A stretch of DNA of 43,973 bases from IMG/VR virus record IMGVR_UViG_3300028898_000020; one strand, 5' to 3'. The DNA comes from a virus. The notes beneath the pieces are model-generated. The model worked only from the letters and a program-made list of their open reading frames with translations, was not told where the DNA came from and made no database searches. Below, piece by piece: positions 17,166-26,592 of the stretch (the stretch's first letter is position 1; every line of letters starts with the position of its first letter). A program made the translations under genes and the position numbers.

Positions 17166-17625
17166 GCTCCACCCGGTGAAAGGGCCGACCCTCGACGCCG
17201 TAGGGCGCGGGCGCGAACACCCCGAAGCCGCTACGCTTGAGCCAACGCAGCGCGCGGGTGTTGCGTGCGTCGACGTAGTTGAACAGCAGGCCATAGCGTC
17301 GGCCCCACTCGGCCATCTTGGCCCGGCTCAGGGTGACGATCTCGCGGCCGTAGTGATGCAGCGATTCCGTGCCCAGCATCCACGGGCACCCCTCGCCGCC
17401 TAGCAGGGAGATCGGCGCCACACCGAACACCGCCATGGGCTCGCCGTAAGCAGTGCAGGCCACAAAGCACTCCTCGCTGGCCAGCACCGACTGGCGCAGG
17501 CAGTGCTCCAGGTCGAGGTCGGGCCCGTGCACCGCGCGCAGCTCCTGCACGTCGGCCTCGCGCAGATTGGCCGCCAGGTAGCGAAGGTCCGCTGCGTCGG
17601 GCGCGAACAGCCGGACCCTATCCAC
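17155..17625 (-). CDS. GNAT-fold acetyltransferase-like protein (gp13-like position)
   Basis: 156 aa. The C-terminal NYVDARNTRALRWLKRSGF resembles the GNAT core / DUF2833-type phage family (from memory). Confidence 0.45.
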   Translation of the reverse strand: MDRVRLFAPDAADLRYLAANLREADVQELRAVHGPDLDLEHCLRQSVLASEECFVACTAYGEPMAVFGVAPISLLGGEGCPWMLGTESLHHYGREIVTLSRAKMAEWGRRYGLLFNYVDARNTRALRWLKRSGFGVFAPAPYGVEGRPFHRVERCT

Positions 17626-19801
17626 CGAGCTCGACCTCGACCGTCATGGAGACGATGGTCATGGGCAGGGGGTCGATTTGCTGCACGAACACCTGCCCGC
17701 CGGTCTGCCATGACGGCGTGAGCGCCACCGCGATCTCGTCGGAGCGCAGGGCCGGCGGCGAGCCGTAGGGCTCGTCGGTGCGCAGCTTGAACGGCACCAT
17801 GCGATCCAGGCTGGGGCCGGCGCGCACGCCCGAGGTCTTGTAGACCCGCAGCCATACCTTGTTGATGTTTTTCAAGCGGCCCTGGCCGAACGCCGCGTCG
17901 ATCTGCAGGGCCAGCGGCAAGGTGTGCATGTTGGCGATGATGGGCAGGCCCACCTGCACCTTGCTGCAGGGCTGCTCAATCGTGATTGCTCCGCCGGTAA
18001 CCACCTTGGGCGGGAACACCGCGCCGTCGCCCAGAATGTTGACGGTCTCGCCCTCCAACCAGGTCAGGCCGCTGATCGTGGTGGTCGGCGCGCCCGAGTA
18101 GGTGGCGCCGGAATCCACGAAAAACGCATCGGCCGGGGTGGCAAAGCGGCGCGAGGCCATGCGCTCGATGTATCGCGTGTGCACCCCATTGATCAGGCGC
18201 AGCACCGAGACGTAGAGCACGTCCTCGGCGCCCTCGGCCACCACGCAACAGGACTCGAAGAAGCCCGCGCCGCTGTGCCGGTGCCAGGCGCCCAGCTGCT
18301 GCTCGGGAACGTAGGTCAGGCCCAGCAGGCCGCCGTCGTTGGAGATCATCCAGACCAGCGGAATAGGCGCCTTGGCGTAGGCCATGTCGACGATGTCGAA
18401 ACCGTCGAACAAGTGGGGTGCGCGCAGTGACAGATCCCCGTTGAGGTAGCCGCCGGTCAGGTTGTTGGCCTGCTGGCTGTAGGTCATCTCGCGCACGTGC
18501 CCGCCGCGCGCCGCCACGAAAATGATGTTCGTGTTGACGATCACCGGCTGGGTGTTGTTGGCCCCGACGTAGCTCTGGGGCTTGACGCTGATGCTGCTGG
18601 GGGTGAGCGCGTCGCTGTTCACGCTGGTGACGCGCCACTCGGCCGCCGCCGTGAGCAGCACCAGACTGCCCAGGGGCACGATGTGGCGGATCATGTTGGC
18701 CTCGCGCGCCGCCACCCGCACGTTGATGCTGTCGTCGTCGCGGGTCGGGATCGAGTAGTTCAGATTCGACTCGGTGCCGCTGCGCGTCATGCGCAGGTTC
18801 TGCGGCTCGTTGGTGGACCCGGCGAAGCACCGCCGCTGCTCGAAGTAGGACACCGCGCCGGGGTACAGGCCGGCGCCGCTGAACGGGTTGGTGGTGATCG
18901 GAGGGGTCTGCGCCAGGTTGGCGGTGATGTTGTCATCGACAAACGACAGGCCATCGGTCTGGCCGATGAAGCCGTACAGGCCGTTACTCTGTTTGTAGAC
19001 GTTGTACCGGCTCGCCCCTGTAGCGGTCCAGGTGATGGTGTTGTACTGCCCGGTGGTCAGCAGGTTGTTGGTGGTGGCGGTGTCGGTCGATGCCGCGGAC
19101 TCCTCCAGGCCGTCCGAACCCACGCTGGTGATCTTGTAGCGGTACGAGGTGGTGCCGGTCCCTGTCGGGGTGACGGTGGGCGCACCGGGCACGGTGAGCG
19201 CCGACACAAAGCTGATAGGCGTCAGCACCCAGTTGGTGGCGCCCAGGCGTCGCAGCTCGCGCGGCGCGTAGCCCGGATGCACCAGCGTGAGCACGTCGGC
19301 GGACTGCACGTAATGGATGTTCGGGATGTCCGCCTCGACGTAGGGCGTGGGGATCTCGAACACACTGCCGGTCAGGGGATGCCAATAGGTGGCATTGGGT
19401 GGCGCGTTGCCAGTGGTGTTGGCTTTGCAGTAGTAATTCACCCCAGCGCTGGACACCAACTCGCCGGGCGCATAGGCCGTGGCGCCGTTGTAGGCCGGCA
19501 CCGAACCCACCAGCAGCGTGGCGCCTTGCGTGTGGAAGCGGATATAGCCCTCTCCAAACTCCAGCACCATGGTCTGGGTGTTGGAGTAGGTGAACGGGAT
19601 CAGGCGGGCGCGCTTGGTCGACGTCTTGATGGTGTTGACGTAGGCGAAGCCTGGCCTGTTGGCCACCGGGCCGTGGGGCAATACCATCATGTTGTCGCAC
19701 AGCGCGAGCCCGGCCTGGAACTTGGCGTCGGCCAGCTGGCCCCAGAACTCGGGGGTTACCTCGCCGCCCGCGAAGGACATCGTATGCTTGCGCGTGCTCA
19801 T
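17618..19801 (-). CDS. Tail tubular protein B / nozzle-like protein
   Basis: In-frame ATG 19801 overlaps the upstream stop (ATGA); 727 aa. The N-terminus MSFAGGEVTPEFWGQLADAKFQAGL..VLPHGPVANRPGF is typical of podovirus nozzle proteins. Confidence 0.7.
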   Translation of the reverse strand: MSTRKHTMSFAGGEVTPEFWGQLADAKFQAGLALCDNMMVLPHGPVANRPGFAYVNTIKTSTKRARLIPFTYSNTQTMVLEFGEGYIRFHTQGATLLVGSVPAYNGATAYAPGELVSSAGVNYYCKANTTGNAPPNATYWHPLTGSVFEIPTPYVEADIPNIHYVQSADVLTLVHPGYAPRELRRLGATNWVLTPISFVSALTVPGAPTVTPTGTGTTSYRYKITSVGSDGLEESAASTDTATTNNLLTTGQYNTITWTATGASRYNVYKQSNGLYGFIGQTDGLSFVDDNITANLAQTPPITTNPFSGAGLYPGAVSYFEQRRCFAGSTNEPQNLRMTRSGTESNLNYSIPTRDDDSINVRVAAREANMIRHIVPLGSLVLLTAAAEWRVTSVNSDALTPSSISVKPQSYVGANNTQPVIVNTNIIFVAARGGHVREMTYSQQANNLTGGYLNGDLSLRAPHLFDGFDIVDMAYAKAPIPLVWMISNDGGLLGLTYVPEQQLGAWHRHSGAGFFESCCVVAEGAEDVLYVSVLRLINGVHTRYIERMASRRFATPADAFFVDSGATYSGAPTTTISGLTWLEGETVNILGDGAVFPPKVVTGGAITIEQPCSKVQVGLPIIANMHTLPLALQIDAAFGQGRLKNINKVWLRVYKTSGVRAGPSLDRMVPFKLRTDEPYGSPPALRSDEIAVALTPSWQTGGQVFVQQIDPLPMTIVSMTVEVELGG

Positions 19802-20421
19802 CGCGCAGCCACCCAGCCGGCGGTGTGTTCGGTGGTGATCTGGCGCTGCTTCGCGTCGGACTCGACCGCCTTGTTCCACCACATCGTGAACACTCGGGTG
19901 CAGTCAAGCGCGGCCTTGCGGCCCGATTCGCCCTTGAGCACCGGGCCGGCCAGCTTGGACGCCAGCAACCAGCTCAGGGCCTCGACGAACAGGGGCGGGA
20001 ACTTGGCGGCGTCCGTCACCAGCACCTTGTAGCGCAGCACCGCGTCGGCCTGGTTGGTGAGCAGCACCACATCGCCCGCGGTGGTGGTTTCCATGTCGTA
20101 GTCCTGCGATGCCCGCTCGTCGAGCACCTGATAGTCGTCGGTGTTGCTCGGGTCCAGCACCGCCACCGCCGCCAGCATGTTGCTGGGCACCGCGTAGGCG
20201 TAGGCCCAGGTCGTGGTGGGATTCGCCACCGCCGCCAGGGCGACGCGACGCAGCGAGAATTTCCAGTTGTGCAGCTCCAGCATGCTGGCCACGGACGGCA
20301 GGTAGAAGCGCGCGCAGTGCTCAGCCTGGGCGCTGCCCTCGGGTGGGTCTATGCTGGCCACGCTGGCGTCGTCGCCAAGGTGGCTCAACGCGAGGTTTGC
20401 AATGTCAACAGCAGAGGCCAT
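19798..20421 (-). CDS. Tail tubular protein A / adaptor-like protein
   Basis: 207 aa. VDIANLALSHLGDDASVASID..AEHCARFY..LELHNWKF pattern; AGGAG RBS. Confidence 0.65.
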   Translation of the reverse strand: MASAVDIANLALSHLGDDASVASIDPPEGSAQAEHCARFYLPSVASMLELHNWKFSLRRVALAAVANPTTTWAYAYAVPSNMLAAVAVLDPSNTDDYQVLDERASQDYDMETTTAGDVVLLTNQADAVLRYKVLVTDAAKFPPLFVEALSWLLASKLAGPVLKGESGRKAALDCTRVFTMWWNKAVESDAKQRQITTEHTAGWVAAR

Positions 20422-20436
20422 CGTTCTTTTCTCCTG

Positions 20437-20465
20437 AAAAGAAAGGGGGCACTTGGCCCCCTTTC
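20437..20465 (-). terminator. Intrinsic terminator after the capsid block
   Basis: Minus strand reads GAAAGGGGGC-CAAGT-GCCCCCTTTC (10-bp stem, 5-nt loop) followed by TTTT. It is followed by the AGGAG RBS of the next gene. Confidence 0.75.
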
Positions 20466-20488
20466 GCTGCTACACCGAGCCGGCCGAT

Positions 20489-20695
20489 TTAGACCAGGGA
20501 CTCGTTGGACTTCCCGCCGTCGTCCTCGGCCTTCTTGCCTTTGGCCGCGGGCGCTTCCTTGAGGTTGTCGCCCAGGCGCATGGGCCGGCCGCCAGGACCT
20601 GCGGGGAAGTCCGTTTCGAACTCCTGACCGGCCTTGACCAGGCGGCACTCGTGAGACAGCCAGGTGTCGGCCAGCGCGATGTATCGTTTTTGCAT
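20489..20695 (-). CDS. Hypothetical protein
   Basis: 68 aa, between the decoration gene and the terminator. Confidence 0.5.
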   Translation of the reverse strand: MQKRYIALADTWLSHECRLVKAGQEFETDFPAGPGGRPMRLGDNLKEAPAAKGKKAEDDGGKSNESLV

Positions 20696-20707
20696 GTCGC
20701 GCTCCTA

Positions 20708-21160
20708 TCAGACCACCGAGAAGCCGCTGGGATACGACTTGTTGATGGAGATATCCGTGTTGACAATTGCCGCCGAGAACTTGCCGGCGGTCAACGGGCC
20801 TGTGCCCACCGTGTACTGCACGCCCAGGTAACGCTGGCCGATCGGCTGCGCCAGCAGGACGGCCGAGGGAATCGGCACCACGATAGCCTTGCGGCCCAGC
20901 GTCAGCTCGGCCTTGCCGATCGCATCGGTCTGGCCGATGATGGTCGGCGAGCCAAGGTTCGCAGCGGCCGAGGTGATGACCTGGAAGTTCACCGTGGCGG
21001 CACCAGCAGCCGTAGCCGCTTCGTCCACCGTGATGGCGACATACAGGTCATTGCCTGGGCCCAGGTCGCGAGCTTGCGACAGGTCCACCGTATTGGTGGA
21101 TACCGCCGAAGCCGTGACGACTTGGGCGGACGAGAGTTGCAGAAGTGCGTCGGTCAACAT
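20708..21160 (-). CDS. Head decoration / cement-like protein
   Basis: 150 aa, immediately downstream of the capsid gene. Ala/Thr/Val-rich beta-type sequence resembling the cement protein next to the MCP in BPP-1-like podoviruses (from memory). Confidence 0.5.
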   Translation of the reverse strand: MLTDALLQLSSAQVVTASAVSTNTVDLSQARDLGPGNDLYVAITVDEAATAAGAATVNFQVITSAAANLGSPTIIGQTDAIGKAELTLGRKAIVVPIPSAVLLAQPIGQRYLGVQYTVGTGPLTAGKFSAAIVNTDISINKSYPSGFSVV

Positions 21161-21185
21161 GGTTTGTTCTCCTGGAGTTGACGAA

Positions 21186-22205
21186 TTAAGAGACCAGGGA
21201 CTCGGCGATGCCGAGGCCGTCGACCCGGCGCACCGGGATGCCTTGGAACTCCAGCTGGTTCATGCTGGCGCCGAACTGCGACATGGCCGGCTTGATGCCC
21301 AGCGCGCTGCTCGACTTCTCCAGCGCCTGGATCATCAGGCCCTCTTGAATCGAGCGGTTGCAGTAGAACGCGGCGCGACCCATCTGGAAGTTGGGGATGC
21401 GGGCGATGGCGCGCATCATCAGCTTGATCAGGTTGGTCGCCGCGGTGCTGGCCTGCGAGCCGGTGACGCCCACCCAATCCGAAACGTCGATGTTGGGGAT
21501 GCGCACCACATAGCGCCAGTCCTTCACCACCAGGCCGGCATCCCACTGGAACAGCGAGCGCGCGGCCTGATACCAGCCGCCGTTGCCATCAGATACCGAC
21601 TCTTCGCCCAGGTCGCGGGTCGCCAGGCCTGCGCGCGAGCCCTTGGGGAACGGACAGAACACGGTCTGGTCACCCCACACCACCAGGTACATCGATGCGT
21701 TGTCCGAGCCGGCGCCACCACCCAGGATGATGTTGCCGCCGTTGCCTGCGCTGGTGGAGCTGTAGCGCGTGGCCAAGCCGGAGAAGGTTTTCAGGTCGGT
21801 GCTCACGTTGCCGTTGAACAGCTTGCTGACCATCTCCAGGCCCATGGCCTCGATGAACGGGGATTCTTCCGACAGGCGAAAGCCCGCGCTGTTGCCGTTA
21901 AGGGTCAACAGCTTGGCGTCGATGTGGCTGCGGCCTTCAAGCATGGCCAGCGGCTCGGTGACTTGCGCAGTGGTCGACTTGCTGGACGGTACGCCAGCGT
22001 TGTACTGGCGCCAGTAGACCGCAGGCAAGCCGGTGCGAACCGTCACGACGTGACTGGTGGGCTGGTTGGCCTCGCGGTAAACGATGTCTTCCAGGATCTC
22101 GTTCTGCTGACTCAGCATCTCGGCGATGGGGTCGATCTTGCCGTCCGGCCCCATGCGTTTGGAGAAGTCTGCCAGGGTGAGCTGGCCTGCGGATAGGGTT
22201 GCCAT
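21186..22205 (-). CDS. Major capsid protein
   Basis: 339 aa, lying between the scaffold and decoration genes. The N-terminus LTLADFSKRMGPDGKIDPIAEMLSQQNEILEDI matches a widespread HK97-fold MCP family (from memory). Confidence 0.75.
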   Translation of the reverse strand: MATLSAGQLTLADFSKRMGPDGKIDPIAEMLSQQNEILEDIVYREANQPTSHVVTVRTGLPAVYWRQYNAGVPSSKSTTAQVTEPLAMLEGRSHIDAKLLTLNGNSAGFRLSEESPFIEAMGLEMVSKLFNGNVSTDLKTFSGLATRYSSTSAGNGGNIILGGGAGSDNASMYLVVWGDQTVFCPFPKGSRAGLATRDLGEESVSDGNGGWYQAARSLFQWDAGLVVKDWRYVVRIPNIDVSDWVGVTGSQASTAATNLIKLMMRAIARIPNFQMGRAAFYCNRSIQEGLMIQALEKSSSALGIKPAMSQFGASMNQLEFQGIPVRRVDGLGIAESLVS

Positions 22206-22224
22206 GGTGGGTAGCCTTTCAAAG

Positions 22225-22956
22225 TTACGGGTTCATGTCGGGATACATGCGCTGGGCCAGCGACTGCTCGCCCTTGGGGCCGGCACCGCCGGTGACCATG
22301 CGGTCCTCACTGATCGCCCGGCCAGCGCGCACCATGAAGCGGATCACTTCGGGGTGGTTGCCGAATCGGGACTCTTTCAGCAGCGTGCGCAGCTCTGGGG
22401 AGCCAAAGGCGTCCAGCGCTTTCTCGCCGACGGCCAGGTTCTCGGCCAGCTTGTCGCCGCCGAATTCCTTGTCGGTACGCGAGGCCGTGGCCCATTCGGC
22501 TGCTGCCGTCTGGATCAGTTCAGCCTGCTGGGTGGCCCACTTCTGCGCGAGTTTCGCGCCGATGTCGGTCACTTTTTGCGCTGCTTCCTGGGTGAGGTCG
22601 AGCTCGCGGGCCAGGCCCTCGAACTCTCCGAGCAATTCCGTGTCCAGCTTCACCCCCTCGGGCGCGGCCAGCTCGTACTTCTCAGGCGCCGCCTTTGCGG
22701 GCGGTGCACCCTCGCCGTCCTTCTCACCCTCGGGCTTCCCTTCGGGTTTGTCGGTAGGGGGCTGCTTGCTTGCGTCGGCCGCTGGGGCCTCTGCGGTTTG
22801 CGTGTCGGCGGTGTTGGTGTTGTCGCCTTCACTCAAAAGGGTTGATGCAGCCGGGGCCGATGTGGCCGGGGCTGCAGGTGTCGGGGTCGTCGCGGCACCG
22901 CCGGTCGAGGTCTGAGCCCCTTCGGCGCCTTGCAGTCGAAAATGCTTGAACTTCAT
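22225..22956 (-). CDS. Scaffolding protein
   Basis: ATG 22956 overlaps the upstream stop (ATGA); 243 aa. Low-complexity Ala/Pro/Thr N-part and a charged helical C-part; directly upstream of the MCP. Confidence 0.65.
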   Translation of the reverse strand: MKFKHFRLQGAEGAQTSTGGAATTPTPAAPATSAPAASTLLSEGDNTNTADTQTAEAPAADASKQPPTDKPEGKPEGEKDGEGAPPAKAAPEKYELAAPEGVKLDTELLGEFEGLARELDLTQEAAQKVTDIGAKLAQKWATQQAELIQTAAAEWATASRTDKEFGGDKLAENLAVGEKALDAFGSPELRTLLKESRFGNHPEVIRFMVRAGRAISEDRMVTGGAGPKGEQSLAQRMYPDMNP

Positions 22957-23267
22957 TCGCGTGCTTCTTTCAACATGATTGGGTACAGCTCGGGACTGGC
23001 CTGCTGGATCAGGGCCAGCGTGCGCAGGCCCTCGTTCTTGCAACCCTCGGCGAATGCCATGGACATCGCGTTGGTGTTGAAGGACAGCCGGAAAACCCCC
23101 GCCCGGTCGAGCACCCGCCACAGCACGCGCCGGCCGCGCTTGGTGGACATCAGCCACTTGGTGTCGTCCACGTCGGTCTGCGCGGCGAGCTTGTCCTGCT
23201 GCTCTCGGGTCTTGAGTGCAGCGGCCTGGCCGGGCAGATCGTGGGGGTCGTAGTCGGGCGTGCTCAT
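22953..23267 (-). CDS. Conserved small phage protein
   Basis: 104 aa; first gene downstream of motif copy 3. Confidence 0.55.
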   Translation of the reverse strand: MSTPDYDPHDLPGQAAALKTREQQDKLAAQTDVDDTKWLMSTKRGRRVLWRVLDRAGVFRLSFNTNAMSMAFAEGCKNEGLRTLALIQQASPELYPIMLKEARE

Positions 23268-23324
23268 GTCGGGCTCACATTTGGTTCACCTTGAAGATTG
23301 CGAAATTCCTGCATAGAGGCCTGC

Positions 23325-23357
23325 AGGTTAGGCGCGCCTGTGCGCGTTACGTGCACC
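23325..23357 (-). promoter_or_regulatory. Late-operon motif copy 3 (GGTGCACGTAACG-N14-TAACCT)
   Basis: 12/13 match at 23345-23357, 2 nt after the stop of 23360..23572. Hexamer at 23325-23330. Lies in a 92-nt gap. Confidence 0.5.
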
Positions 23358-23359
23358 AC

Positions 23360-23572
23360 CTACCGGCCGCGACGCCGGCGCACGAAGATGGGCACCAGGC
23401 TGGCGCGCACCGCGTTGACGTTCCACAGCAGCGCCCCGTGCACGCCGCGCCAGAGCACCCCGCCAGGGTGGGCCAGCTCGGTGCCGCCGGGGTCGTAGAC
23501 ACGCCAGGTGTTGCCATCGAACACCTTGCGCCCGGTGAGCACGGCCAGGATCTGCTCCTCAGTCGCCATCAC
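23360..23572 (-). CDS. Hypothetical protein
   Basis: 70 aa, ATGA-coupled to the upstream gene. Confidence 0.5.
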   Translation of the reverse strand: MMATEEQILAVLTGRKVFDGNTWRVYDPGGTELAHPGGVLWRGVHGALLWNVNAVRASLVPIFVRRRRGR

Positions 23573-24912
23573 GCGAGCGCGTCAATGCGCGCGAGAGTGC
23601 CGCCCGTGTAGGGAATGGTGCCGGCGGCATCGGCCCAGGCGTTGGCCTGGTACAGGATCGACACCCCGTCGTCGTCGTAGAGCGTGAACTTGCCGGTGGT
23701 GGGGTTCAGCTCTTGGCGGTTGGCCAGGATCTTGTAGATCAGGTCCAGCGTGCTGTAGAGGCCGCCAAAGTGCAGGTTGTCAGCCGTGTGCGCGTGGACC
23801 GCGTCCTGGATGGCCAGCCACGTGTCCAGCGTCAGCGCGAGATTGTCAGCGGCGTGCGCGTGCAGAGCGTCGGCGATCAGCAGCGCGGGGGCGCCCGACA
23901 GGTCGAGGTTGTCAGCGGCGTGCGCGTGCAAGGCATCGGCCACGACCAGCCACGTATCCAGGGTAAGGGCCAGGTTATCCGCAGCATGCCCATGCAGCGC
24001 ATCGGCCACGGTCAGCCAGGCATCGGTGCTCAGCGTCAGCGCGTCAGCTGTGTGCGCGTGCGTGGCGTCCGCCACGGTCAAGCTGGTGCCGGTGGTGGCG
24101 TCCAAGGTCAGATTGTCCGCCGTATGCCCGTGGGTCGCGTCGGCGATCACCAGGGCCGTGCTCGATGTCAGCACCAGGCTGTCGGCGGTGTGGCCGTGCG
24201 TGGCGTCGGCGACGGTCAGGGTCGGGGTGCCGCCAGTCGCAGCTCGCACTCGGCTGTTACGCGGCAGTGGCTCCACAATCTGCCACGGGTTCTCAAGCAG
24301 GCTGCGAACCTGTGTCTGGTTCAGAATCCCAGAAGAGATAGCCGCCAGTTCAACGCCGATGGTCCCAGACGTGGCGAGTACCACGCTGAAATCGGTTGGT
24401 GACACGATTGCCAGCGCATCGCTGAACGTGAATACCGGCTTGCCAGGTCGCTTGAACCACGATGTCTGACCAGACGCGGTCCAGTTCGTCACCAGCACAC
24501 CAGCGATCTTGTTGAACGCCGTGATGCCAGTTTCGACAAGCTGGTTTGTGCCGCTCCCAACCGTGTTCGCAACCCAATTCAACTGAATCGACGATCCGCC
24601 AGTAGCGACCAACAGTCGAGCGCCGCCTGTGTTGTTGCCGGCGTTGAACAGTGTTCCCGACTGTGTCGCAGTCGGAAACATCATCACCAGCACAGAGCAC
24701 CATGGGCGCAAGCCAAGATTGCGGCTCGTTCCAGTGTTGAATGCCGCGTTCGGCACGCCGGCCAGACCGTTGAAGGTGCGGACCTTGGGGATTTTCCCGC
24801 CATCGTTGCCCGGCGTCCATAGATAGTCGCACTCGGCGCCGAAGAAGTGAGCGCGGTTCGGCCTAACTACTCCCTGCGGCTGATCGGCGTGTGGGATCAG
24901 CAAACGCGTCAT
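23569..24912 (-). CDS. ConA/LamG-like domain protein with seven HxH fibre repeats
   Basis: ATG 24912 (447 aa) lies 11 nt after the upstream stop. The N-terminal ~225 aa are LamG-like and end in LLENPWQI. Seven repeats ADA[TL]H[GA]H[TA]AD[NSA]L follow (23767-24222). Confidence 0.7.
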   Translation of the reverse strand: MTRLLIPHADQPQGVVRPNRAHFFGAECDYLWTPGNDGGKIPKVRTFNGLAGVPNAAFNTGTSRNLGLRPWCSVLVMMFPTATQSGTLFNAGNNTGGARLLVATGGSSIQLNWVANTVGSGTNQLVETGITAFNKIAGVLVTNWTASGQTSWFKRPGKPVFTFSDALAIVSPTDFSVVLATSGTIGVELAAISSGILNQTQVRSLLENPWQIVEPLPRNSRVRAATGGTPTLTVADATHGHTADSLVLTSSTALVIADATHGHTADNLTLDATTGTSLTVADATHAHTADALTLSTDAWLTVADALHGHAADNLALTLDTWLVVADALHAHAADNLDLSGAPALLIADALHAHAADNLALTLDTWLAIQDAVHAHTADNLHFGGLYSTLDLIYKILANRQELNPTTGKFTLYDDDGVSILYQANAWADAAGTIPYTGGTLARIDALA

Positions 24913-24923
24913 GATGGCGCCTT

Positions 24924-25433
24924 TTAAGCGTTGGTGGCTGTGATCGCCTTGAAAGCTACGACGCAGCCCGTACCAAAGGCCGCGCCCGTGCAATTGCGGA
25001 TTGCAAGGCTCCAGCCATCTGGCACGATGCCGCCGCAGTTTGCCGCCACGGTCAGATAGCCATCCAATGGCTGGCCGGTGATCTTGTACGGTAGGCTGGC
25101 TGTTGGTCGCATGGAGTTGGGGTCGCTAACGCTGGCAGCGCCTTCTACCCCGGTGGGCCGCGTGGTGGTGCCGAAGTTGCCCATGGGCACCCATGATGTT
25201 CCGTCATGCATCCATGGCACCAAGTACACATAGGCCGTTGCGTCATTGGCTGGTGCTGTTGCTGCCGTGGACAGCTTAATCAACACCTCGTAGTCAATCG
25301 CCTTGGTGGTGCGGTTGTCAACGATGTCGCTTTGCCACGCGCCAAACGGGTCTGTCGAGTCGTTCGCCAGTGATTGCAGGTTTGTGACGGTCAGCGCCGT
25401 GTAGCTGCCGTATGCAATGTTTTCCGTGGTCAT
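24924..25433 (-). CDS. Hypothetical virion-module protein
   Basis: 169 aa, beta-rich. Confidence 0.55.
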   Translation of the reverse strand: MTTENIAYGSYTALTVTNLQSLANDSTDPFGAWQSDIVDNRTTKAIDYEVLIKLSTAATAPANDATAYVYLVPWMHDGTSWVPMGNFGTTTRPTGVEGAASVSDPNSMRPTASLPYKITGQPLDGYLTVAANCGGIVPDGWSLAIRNCTGAAFGTGCVVAFKAITATNA

Positions 25434-25436
25434 GGC

Positions 25437-26000
25437 TTACCGCCCACCAACGATGTCACTCACTAGCTGCTCGTCGAGCTTGCCCTGCCAGGTCAACACC
25501 CGCGCCGTGACAGGCCCGGTGGTGTCGCTGGCAATGACTGGCGCGGCCAACAGCAATTCAGCCACGGTAGCAAGGCGCGTGCAGGCGTTCAGCGTGTTGA
25601 CGCCACCAGCACCGCCAGCAGAGGCCATCGCGCCGCCAACGCCGGTCGGCAGTTGAATCACCGCATCGCGCAGATCGGCCCGCGCCTGGGGCAGGCTCAT
25701 ATCCACGGACTCCAAGCCTTGCAACATGATCTGCAAATTGATCTGCTTGGTCTGTGCCAGCAGAGCCCGGTTGGTGAAGGTGGCCGTGTTGTCCGCCGCG
25801 TCGTTCGGCGTGTAGCTCGAAAACGTGATCGCTGCGCGGATTGTCTTGGTGGACACTTCCGTGCGCCAGGCCTTCAATGCGCTGTCGGCGTTGTAGTATG
25901 CCGCAATCAGCGTTTCGCTTGTGATGCCGAACAGCGGCTGGCCGCTGGCCTGCTTGGTGACAATGTCGTTCTTGAGCGCGAGCTTCTGTTCTGGGGTCAT
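25437..26000 (-). CDS. Hypothetical virion-module protein
   Basis: 187 aa. Confidence 0.55.
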   Translation of the reverse strand: MTPEQKLALKNDIVTKQASGQPLFGITSETLIAAYYNADSALKAWRTEVSTKTIRAAITFSSYTPNDAADNTATFTNRALLAQTKQINLQIMLQGLESVDMSLPQARADLRDAVIQLPTGVGGAMASAGGAGGVNTLNACTRLATVAELLLAAPVIASDTTGPVTARVLTWQGKLDEQLVSDIVGGR

Positions 26001-26009
26001 GGTGGTCTC

Positions 26010-26387
26010 TCAGGTCGGGGCCGCGACTTCAATGTCCCAGGCAGGGAAGTTGACGGTGTTCGAGCCGTTGGCTGTCAGCGCCTGGCTTGTGCAGGTGGTG
26101 ACGTAGATCAGCGTCGAGTCGGAGACCCGCACCAGGGCGACGTGGGTGGCCGTGCCGCTGACGTCGATCAGGACGGCGCTTTTGGCCCCCATCGTGACCT
26201 TGCGCCCGCTCACGTCGCCGGCCGCTTTGGTGAAGTCGCCGCCGGCCATGGTCACATCCGCCAGCGCATAGGTTGCATTGGCCTCTGTGTAGGTGGTCGG
26301 CTGCGCGCTGCAGGCGATCATGCGCGTGGCCGTGGCGATCACGTCCAGCGAGCCATCGAGCACAATGTTCGGAGCGGCTTTACCCAT
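26010..26387 (-). CDS. Hypothetical virion-module protein
   Basis: 125 aa, beta-rich. Confidence 0.55.
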   Translation of the reverse strand: MGKAAPNIVLDGSLDVIATATRMIACSAQPTTYTEANATYALADVTMAGGDFTKAAGDVSGRKVTMGAKSAVLIDVSGTATHVALVRVSDSTLIYVTTCTSQALTANGSNTVNFPAWDIEVAAPT

Positions 26388-26589
26388 TGCTGTCTCCTGT
26401 AGCGGTGGCAGTGCTTTGCACGTCCAAGGTCACCGCGCCGTCGAACTGCTCGCGGGGTTCGTCACCAGCCGGGGCGGCCCAGCCGTTGGCGACGAAGTAG
26501 GCGCCGCGGTCATCGGGCACCGTGCGAACGTCTCCGGCCTCGTACCGGTCGGTGCCGTCGAGGAATGTTGTGGTGCAAGTGATTCGCAT
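26380..26589 (-). CDS. Hypothetical protein
   Basis: 69 aa; overlaps the downstream gene by 8 nt. Confidence 0.5.
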   Translation of the reverse strand: MRITCTTTFLDGTDRYEAGDVRTVPDDRGAYFVANGWAAPAGDEPREQFDGAVTLDVQSTATATGDSNG

Positions 26590-26592
26590 CGT

